A stretch of DNA of 64,000 nucleotides, from contig NIVC01001776.1 in the NCBI GenBank assembly GCA_002269645.1, forward strand, positions 62,001 to 126,000, given 5' to 3'. The position numbers and the translations under genes were made by a program. Below are positions 54,860-64,000 of the stretch, piece by piece. Under the pieces are notes generated by a model. The model was not told where the DNA came from. It did no database searches and worked only from the letters and a program-made list of their open reading frames with translations. The stretch comes from Macrostomum lignano. Taxonomy: Eukaryota. The first letter of the stretch is position 1, and every line of letters starts with the position of its first letter.

Positions 54860-56957
54860 TGAGATTGTGAAATCAAATGGAAGATCATGTTTCATAACAA
54901 ATTTTTGTCGACATCGTATTTGTCGATGCAATGCTGATTCACGATCGTGTCTAATGCCATAAGTCCCAAGGGGTTGAAGAGAAATAGCCATACCTGATAA
55001 TTGACCTATAGAGGCTTTAGTGCTGATTTCTTCTATCTGAGTGTAATTTACGAGTAATTCTGCCCAATGCGAAACATTCCAATGTTTTTTAATGTGTGTT
55101 TTTCATTCCTAAGCTCGTTTCCCGTGTATATAATGGTACGTCTAAAAAAAGTAAAATTTTCTGCTTATAATCATCCGTTGTAGCCTGCAAACAACACGAC
55201 CAACTGCAAGCAGTGTTTTTGTCTACCCATTAATACTATTTGCTCGGTTCTAGCATATAGCAAATACATTTTACCAAGGCTGGAATGAAAGCTTCTTGTA
55301 ATACGCTTCATTAGCATGATTCTTGCTATTATACCTACATTTTTAGTCATCAAGTATTTACTCTCTTTTTTCGAAAAGAAGATACGAAATAGTTCGTTTA
55401 GGATTGCAGATTATTTTTTATCGTTTGAAGCAAGGAATTCATTTCTAGCTTAGTGTATGGGTACTCGAACTTATTTATATGGCACATATGGAATATAATT
55501 TTTAGTATAGAGGACTAGCATTTTGCACCCTCGTGTGGGGCGCGAGCGGGGACACAGGCTCACACGAACGATGCTGGCGAGCCAAGCGTTGTACGAGCTA
55601 TTGTTTTACTGCTTGATGGCTCAGCCTATTGCATTATGCTAATGACAATGCCTTGTGTTGGCTAATAAACTTGATACTAGCTAATTGCCCTTCATAGTTT
55701 ATACGATTTCAACAAATTGCGACAAAGGCCATGCCGCCGGACCTAATCCGGCGTTCGCCAGCAGGCAGTCGACGAAACGCCGAGTGCCCGATTGTCTCCG
55801 GCGGTAGGGCGCCTGCAGTGTCAGCAGCAGCGCCTCTTGCACCTGGTACGGAGTACGGACAGTAGGGACTCGGCGCGGTAAAATGATAAAATGACATCAC
55901 AGCTTAGGATGAGCACTAGCTTTGCCAGAGCCCCTCTAAGCCAGGTTGCCTTGAGAGTGCGACCCTAAGTGTGTTCTTTGGTACGGCTGGGGCTGGACCG
56001 CTCGATGTTCCCCTCACGGTCCCTGGCGCCACCCAGAAGATCCGCATGGGCCGGCGCAGCAGCGGCTCGGCGGGCAGCACCACATCTCCGACCGCGCCCA
56101 TTTCTCTCACGCCAGCGCTCAATACGTTCGCTGCCGCTTGGTCTTGCCTCTGCTGGACGCCGCAGCAGTGAAACGCGGCTCATTCCTGGATTCCGTTTAG
56201 GCGTCCATAGAAATTGGTTTACAGTCTCCAGCACATCTTGACCAGCAATTAAAGCATTCCAGGAAAGCTCTTTCGTCTCTGCATCTATCGAATTTGGGCT
56301 ATTCAGCTCACCGAATTCGTCGTCTGACATGAACGCCTCTTTGTCATTGGACGCCATTATCCCAGAAATTACTTGTTGCTTTTACTATAAGATACTTAAG
56401 AATGATTTAACTCAGTCGTAACTCGTAAAAATACAGTATATCTATATATGTTAGTGTTCTTAGGCTATGCATTTTCATCCGACTGGAATAGTGATAGACA
56501 TGGAAAGTCGTCACTCCTAAGAAAATAGTCTATGGTATGAGCGTTAAGCTTTTAAACTTAAACTTACCATCCGACCGAAAAGGAGATGAACGGTTCATTT
56601 GGCTCAGTTAGAAAGAGATTATTTTGCAGGCTCTTCGAAAATCACGCCAATTTTTATACAGTTCATTTGAAGCATTATTACGACTTTTTATTAAAAATGT
56701 GCTATGCATCATCAACTGGAATTATTTGAGCGTTGAATGATACTTTTATTTGGCAATATTATCGAGAAGTTTCAAAAAAACAAATTGATGAAAAAATTAG
56801 CAGTTCACATTACAATAATGTAAAATCGTACAAAAAAGTATTATATTAAATGAATTAAAATTTTAATCATTAAATGAGCACCGATCTTTTCATCATGAAC
56901 AATTGTTAAAAAATTAATGAATGACGTGGCCATGGAGTGCATGTACGGCAGCTATCT

Positions 56958-59656
56958 TTAAATAGACCTGGGTGCCACCAGCTTGCAAATACCAACTGTG
57001 GACAGTAACGCCATAATTACCAGAGCAAAGACCAACACGGCTGTCTGAGTTCCGAAATCCAGTCTTCCTTCAGCATCCTCGATGTCTTTCTTATCTTTCC
57101 TCTGCTCGGCAGAGAGTGTGACAGGTACAGAAACTGTGGTAGAGGTGCTCTCTGATTGTTGTGACGCTGATGAAGCCTCTGTAGTTGTAGTTGGTGTAGT
57201 TGTGGTTGTAGTTGATGTACTTGTTGAAGTTGTTGTGGTCATCGGCGTAGTTGTCGTCGTGCTTGTTGACGTGGTTGTCGTGGTTGTTGACGTGGTCGTC
57301 GTGGTTGTTGGCATGGTAGTCGTGGTTGTTGGTGTAGTCGTCGTCGTTGTAGTCGTTGAAGTAGCTGACGGAGTCGTTGATGATGGTGCAGATGTCGAAG
57401 CAGCAGTGGTTTCTACCGCTGTTGGAGGTTGAGTAGGCGGTGGAGTGCTGGAGAGTTCACTTTCAAAGCTGCAGTTTGCATAGAGGTTGATTTTTTTACT
57501 ACTGTTTTCACCGCTCTGAATCTCGATAAGCATGAAGCTCCCAGTCGAGGGGTTTAAAAGCTGGCAAACAACTGGCCAGTAAGAGGTACTAACTGATTGG
57601 AACACCTGGACCAGTCGGTCGGCATTGTCCCCAGTTGAAATTCCGTTCACTAGAACGTTGCCCCATTGCAGCACCATGTTGCTGGCGTCCCCGAGTATCC
57701 GAAAGGACACGCTGGCAGCCGACGGCTCGACCAGGCTAGTGGTGTCTCGGTTGGTCCACATCAGCTCTGAATCGGACGAGTTCAAAGCCAGAATGCACCA
57801 GGCCAGCTTTGCAGCAGATTCCTCTGCTGTGGCATTGGCTGCCGGGCACGGGTTGAACCGCAATGCGGTTCTGTTGACCAAGTTCACAGTGACAGTCGGG
57901 TTGGCGGAGTCCGCGCAAACCTCCGTCCAATTCGCGTCGCCCTGGAGGAAAACTTTTAAAAAGGCGTCTCCCAGTGCCAGGCTGGAACTGCTGTCGCAGG
58001 GTGCCACGTAAAGGTCAAGGGTAGCTCTGACTACGGTAGGTGTAGTGGCGCCGGAGTCCAACCCGATCACGATTTCGTCGACCGCATTCACGAGGACAGC
58101 CCCGTCAGCTTTGGATGCGTTGCAGAAGTTAAGGCCCCCAAACGTCTGCTCAGTCAGAAGTCGCTGCAGTGTGGGGCCCCAGTAGCCACCGGAGGAGCTT
58201 TGGACGGCCGGGACTGGGAGAGTTTCGTTGGAACTGTTGGCTGGAGCACCCAGCACCAGGGTAGGCTGTACGAGACTCCCACAGTCCATATGCATATCCA
58301 CGGTTTCATTGTTGTCAGAGATTGTCACTAGCAAGTCCTCCGTAGCATTGAGAACACTGCAGATAAGCAGCCACCATCTTTGCCCCGGAGCCGTTGAAAT
58401 GGACGTCAAAACCGCCTGTACGCGTTGATTTGGCGACATGGAATCTTCGAGCAGGCCAGAGTTCACTTGAACGCGATACCAAGTGGCATTCGACAGTGAA
58501 TCCGTGCTGCTACTGAGCATTACAGATGCTGTGGTGTTGCTGTCTCTGGGCTCTGGTAGAGTTCGATTGACCCACACGGGGTCCCAGTTGGCTGTGTAGG
58601 TCACCAGCACCCACGCGGTCACCTGCTGCTCAGTGATTCCAGAATGCTGTACTTCATAGTTGCAGGGCTGCAAAGTGTTCTGTAACTCTGGTCTAACTGA
58701 CGACTGCAGGTAAATAGCCAGGTTGATCGTGTTGTCGCAGATGTCTCGCCATTGAATCACAGTCGGCATTTTCGCTACTAAAAAATTTCGAGTGGCTTCT
58801 GAACCATCACTGCAGAAGATGACGTATAGTTTAATGCTTGACTTCACCGAGTAGACTAAACCTGGCGTGTTCGCGTCCGTGATGTTGTAAGCATCTACCG
58901 CCTCTAACACAACGCTCTTCGATGGAGGCGCGTTGCACAGCCGAAAACGAGTGGCCAACTCCGAGCTGAAGGCCTGCGTCCAAACCAGGGCCTGGGACGG
59001 CTGCTGATGCAACGCGCAGATGGTCAGCAGGGCCAGAAGCGGCGCAGCTGTGGCAGCGGCGTTGGCTGCAATGAGTTAAAATATCAGAAACTTCTCAAAC
59101 CCAATTTGCATGTCCGTTAGTCTTTTAATTACCCTAAATCTTTGTCTCAGTCTATATCCTAGAGTAGCACCAAAACGAATCTACGTATCGAATCTACGCA
59201 CTCCTTCAGAGTCACAACGCCAAATCAATGTACTTTTAATGGCCTGAGAATCTCTTCAGTTTAAATTGGTTTTGAGTGTAAAGAAATGACACAGGTGAAC
59301 GAAAATTCCCAGCCATCTAAACGTAAATCGAGAGTCTTGCAGTTCAAACGAAATGTTCTAGAATGCCGCTTCATTAGAAAACGTTTCAAGCAGCTACTGC
59401 AGTACTTTCCGGCGATTTTTTGCTATCTAATTGGCCGCTAATGATTTCAAGCGAAAAAATACTTTGAAGCAGGTTCTCTGTCTCGGTAACTTGAAGCAAA
59501 GTTCATTAGTTATTTTTTTGCTGAGATTCTGCCGCAGGAAACGTGCCACTGCTTGATTTGATTTTAGTTCAAGTGACTCGGTTGCAGCTAGTTATGTTAC
59601 ACAGATGCAAACTGTGAAAATTAAGCCATAAATTATTATCTATGACACTTACGCAT
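56958..59656 (-). CDS. Orphan mucin-stalk type-I membrane protein, copy 2
   Basis: join(59656-59653, 59065-56958); the ORF-track translation is identical to copy 1. Confidence 0.85.
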
Positions 59657-61965
59657 GGCTGCTGAGTCTCACCGGGGCGAATACCTTATAGCAGTGGCTG
59701 CAAGACGCTTCTAGTCAGCTCAGAGTTGAGGCCCGTCATTGATGGACCGAGCCAGAGCTCTCACTGCGTGAGCTTTTTATTCCGGCCTTCTGCGCGCACA
59801 AGTGTTGAGCTGGGGTTGTCATTCTTCGGGTGCAATTGGAATTCGCGTGGACAGACGCACGCAGGGGTCACCTGAGCATTCGTGGTTAAGTGTTTGCCAT
59901 GGGTGGCTAAGGGTAGGTTAGTCCCTGTCTTTTATTGTCTCAGAAACACACAGAGCCCATCTCCATCTTCTGAGCTATACGCTACTCAAATACTTGAACG
60001 CCCTCGCACAACAGCAGATTGAAGACAACTGCCGCTTGTTTTTGCCTCTCTGCGTCGACTTTTTGCCGGCCTCTCTCTACCCTAGCCGAGACAGAAGATG
60101 ATAGTTAAAGCAATGGAAGGGGCTTAGGCAGAAATACAACCGAAGATGCCGCTGAACTCCCTCCACACAGCTATCCATCCATACAGCTATCCATCCATAT
60201 AGCAATCCATCCATATAGCAATCCATCCACACAGCTATCCATCCATATAGCAATCCATCCACACAGCTATCCATCCATATAGCTATCCATCCACATAGCT
60301 ATCCATCCACATAGCTATCCATCCACACAGCTATCCATCCACATAGCTATCCATCCACACAGCTATACATCCATACAGCTATCCATCCACATAGCTATCC
60401 ATCCATATAGCTATCCATCCACATAGCTATCCATCCACATAGCTATCCATCCACACAGCTATCCATCCATACAGCTATCCATCCACATAGCTATCCATCC
60501 ACACAGCTATCCATCCACATAGCTATCCATCCACACAGCTATCCATCCACACAGCTATCCATCCACACAGCTATCCATCCACATAACGATCCCCTTAAAT
60601 TAACGATACCTCAGCAACTCGTTAATTAGTCCCGGAAAATACGCATATAGCTGCCTGGTTATTGAAATTCAGAGGTTCAGAAGGCTTCTTTTTCGTTAAA
60701 TGTTCCTCAAATTAGTGCAGCTGCTTTCTGCTTCAGTTCAGTTGTCAATTGAAAGGCTAGCGTGCCTTTGCCTTTGTTTGCCAACCATCCACTGTTTCAA
60801 TTCAGCCTATCGTGACTTCCCCCAGGGTTGGGTATTCAGTTATTCAGAGTGGTCCTTCTTATTCAGTCCAAGAGCAACTGATTTTTCGTGCAAAGCATCA
60901 GGTATCCAGTGTATTTCCACAAAAACACAGATAGACTCGATAAATCTATTCAAACGCAGAGGTTTCTAAAAGTCTAAAAGTGCCACAACAGAATGACTGC
61001 AATGCACTTTGCAGTGACGCAATACAACAGAATAGCGTAGCCAGGTTTTGCTTGCGTGTTAAATAAGCGCGAATCTTTGACGAGCCTGAGCTGTCACGAT
61101 CTCAATCTGGAAGGAGTCTTCTGAAAAGCGCATCCCTAATCCTCCTAATCCAGAGTAGGATAGGGATTAGCGTTTAATCCACACTAATTCCAATGGATTT
61201 GGATTTCACATAGTCCAAAAGCTTTCACTCGACGACTGAATTCAAGAAAAGTTCGAATTGTAATTTCTTAAATCGTCATCGCGTGTTGAAGCGGCTGTTG
61301 ACTTGACCGACTGAATCTGCTAAGGAGTCTTCTTATACAGGACTTTTCTGGGTTTAGAAAAATGCCAATCCAATTTCTTGTCTGAGTTGGGAGTTTCCAT
61401 TCGGTAAAATATCATGAATTAACCATTTTCAGCTTAAAGTAAGACATACGTCTTATAATGACTGAGGGATTGGAGAGGCAGACTCAGGGACTGATCAGGG
61501 AGCTGAGAGGCAGACTCAGGGACTGATCAGGGAGCTGAGAGGCAGACTCAGGGACTGATCAGGGAGCTGAGAGGCAGACTCAGGGACTGATCAGGGAGCT
61601 GAGAGGCAGACTCAGGGACTGATCAGGGAGCTGAGAGGCAGACTCATGGACTGATCAGGGAGCTGAGAGGCAGACTCAGGGACTGATCAGGAAGCTGATA
61701 GGCAGACTCATGGACTGATCAGGGAGCTGAGAGGCAGACTCAGGGACTGATCAGGGAGCGGAGAGGCAGACTCAGGGACTGATCAGGAAGCTGAGAGGCA
61801 GACTCAGGGACTGATCAGGGAGCTGAGAGGCAGACTCAGGGACTGATCAGGGAGCGGAGAGGCAGACTCAGGGACTGATCAGGGAGCTGATAGGCAGACT
61901 CAGGGACTGATCAGGGAGCGGAGGTTCCCTCAGTTTGTCAGCAGTTGACTGAAAGTCGGCAATTT

Positions 61966-63769
61966 CTACCAATGGTGGTTTTTCCGATTCAGCAGTGTCA
62001 GCTCAGTGGCACTCGGGGCGCCCCGAGTTGGCGCCTGTCCCGATGAGGAGCTGCGCTGCTGTCGATGACAGGCCTGCAGCGTTGTTGTGGCGGCTGAGGT
62101 CAGTCGCTGACGCTGCTGCATCTGGCCGGGCCGTTTTTGACGCTGGCGCCGACAGAAGCAGCTCAGGAGGCGCCAGAAAGCGCGCTTGAATTCTCGGTTT
62201 GAGCAGGCGTAGATCACGGGGTTGCACAGAGAGTTGCAGTAGCCCAGCCAGAACACAACTTTGAACAGCAGGTCCGGCACTGAGCACTGCCGACAGAGAA
62301 TCTCCTCTGTGGAAGCGGTAGGTAAGAATTATTGTTCTCACTCAATGTACATTTGAACCTACAATCTCGTCCCCACTCAATGTACATTTCAACCTACAAT
62401 CCCGTCCCCACTCAATGTACATTTGAACCTACAATCTTGTCCCCACTCAATGTACATTTCAACCTACAATCCCGTCCCCACTCAATGTACATTTGAACCT
62501 ACAATCTCGTCCCCACTCAATGTGCATTTCAACCCACAATCTCGTCCCCACTCAATGTACATTTGAACCTACAATCTCGTCCTCACTCAATGTGCATTTC
62601 AACCTACAATCTCGTCCCCACTCAATGTACATTTGAACCTACAATCTCGTCCCCACTCAATGTGCATTTCAACCTACAATCTCGTCCCCACTCAATGTAC
62701 ATTTGAACCTAAAATCCCGTCCCCACTCAATGTACATTTGAACCTACAATCTCGTCCCCACTCAATGTACATTTGAACCTAAAATCTCGTCTCCACTCAA
62801 TATACACTGAACCTGTTATCTCATTCATTGGCAGAACAGACTCAATCAAATAACTTAAGCTCGTAATAAAAATTTCCAAGCTAAAACCCTCAAACTCGGA
62901 CACAGGAGAATTATCGGACACGCACTGAACGGATAGATGAAGAAGAAGGGCAACCAGCACAGGATGAAAACGCCGACCACAATGCCCAGAGTTTTAGCGG
63001 CCTTTTTCTCGCGCTTGAACCGGGCCAGCTTGCCTGAAATTTAAATTATTAATTACATGTATTAACTAACGAGATTTTTCAAAATTTTAGAACTCAAAAA
63101 ATGAGTACGAGAACTAACTCTAGTCAATGCGAACTCAGACATCTGACGTGCATTAAAATTGCCTGTTATAATACCTGTACCGTGCAATCAGTGTGGGCTT
63201 GCAGCCTAGTGGTTAGAGCGTCGGACTCAGGACTGAATGGTCAGGGGTTCGATTCTCGACCCACTTGGAATGCTTTGTGTCCTTGAGCAAGACACTTAAC
63301 TCTGCATTGCTTCAGTTCACCCAGCTGTAAAATGGGTGCCAGCATTAGCTGGGGTAACTGAGGGTGTGGCGACCCCTCAGTCCTTGGACTGAACAGCCGT
63401 ACGCAGCCTTCAGATGCGCCGCGCAATAGCTGCGGCTGAGCTGTCGGTTGCACATCTGCCCATTGGGGCAGGTGTAATCAATTATTATTAAAATTATTAT
63501 CACAGTACAATACTTTTACTACGTGGGAGGACACCAAGAGCTACAATTGTGCGCCAGTCTGTTCTGGTGAAAAAATCAAATTCAAAATTTCTAATTCATA
63601 AGAAGCATGGCTACGGGTTTCACCAATAGCTTGTAACTAAGCAGCTTTCACGGACAAGTACTCGCTGAAAACAAGTTAGGCGTACCTTGTTGATCCGCGG
63701 TTTTTCCATGGGTATGCGATACTATAATCACGGGTGTTTGGGTGGTTTGGTGCGCCACATTGGCATCAG
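61966..63769 (-). CDS. 3' exons of the same amine GPCR, copy 2 (5' part presumably beyond the window)
   Basis: Exons 62306-61966, 63033-62926, candidate 63769-63686; same translation as copy 1. Confidence 0.88.
63195..63499 (+). mobile_element. tRNA-CORE SINE, duplicate copy
   Basis: Same as 40021-40325 with at least one substitution (GGTCAGGGG vs GGTCGGGGG). Confidence 0.78.
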
Positions 63770-64000
63770 CTTGATAAATAAATAAATTTAACAAAATAGT
63801 TAGCAGCAGGCATATATGACACAGGCAAGGTAAAGTCGAAATAAATAAATGAACTGTTATGCAATGCTCGCCAGATTCACAGTCTGACTAAACAGGGCTC
63901 TGACGCTAGCCAAGGAGTGCTTGGATGTGACACTGGCCAATGAGTGCTCTATACCTGGATGTGACACCAGCCAAGGAGTGCTCTATACCTGGATGTGACA

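Overview
Intron-rich animal genomic DNA, not prokaryotic; no CRISPR, rRNA or intact tRNA genes were found. The GC3-rich, Gln-rich exons and minisatellite-filled introns resemble a free-living flatworm such as Macrostomum (inference only). Left to right: (1) a complete 12-exon liprin-alpha gene on the minus strand (1558-18434, about 1420 aa); (2) a divergently transcribed tetraspanin (+, 21100-31748) carrying a 5.44-kb Helitron-like element in intron 5; (3) an orphan type-I membrane protein (-, 33838-36536) with an unrecognised twice-repeated ~219-aa six-Cys domain and a Thr-rich mucin stalk; (4) the 3' exons (TM6-TM7) of an alpha1-adrenergic/octopamine-like amine GPCR (-), with a tRNA-CORE SINE in one intron. 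The block from ~12945 to ~41865 is repeated in tandem from ~41866 to the window end, joined inside a (GATA)n tract. In the second copy the liprin promoter side and exon 1 are cut off from the rest of liprin and sit upstream of the 5'-truncated first GPCR copy. The second copy lacks the Helitron-like element and differs in array lengths. The duplication may be real or may be two haplotypes joined in assembly; only read data can decide. Most long ORFs in the supplied track are artefacts of tandem repeats. All exon models were derived by hand from splice signals and frame continuity.
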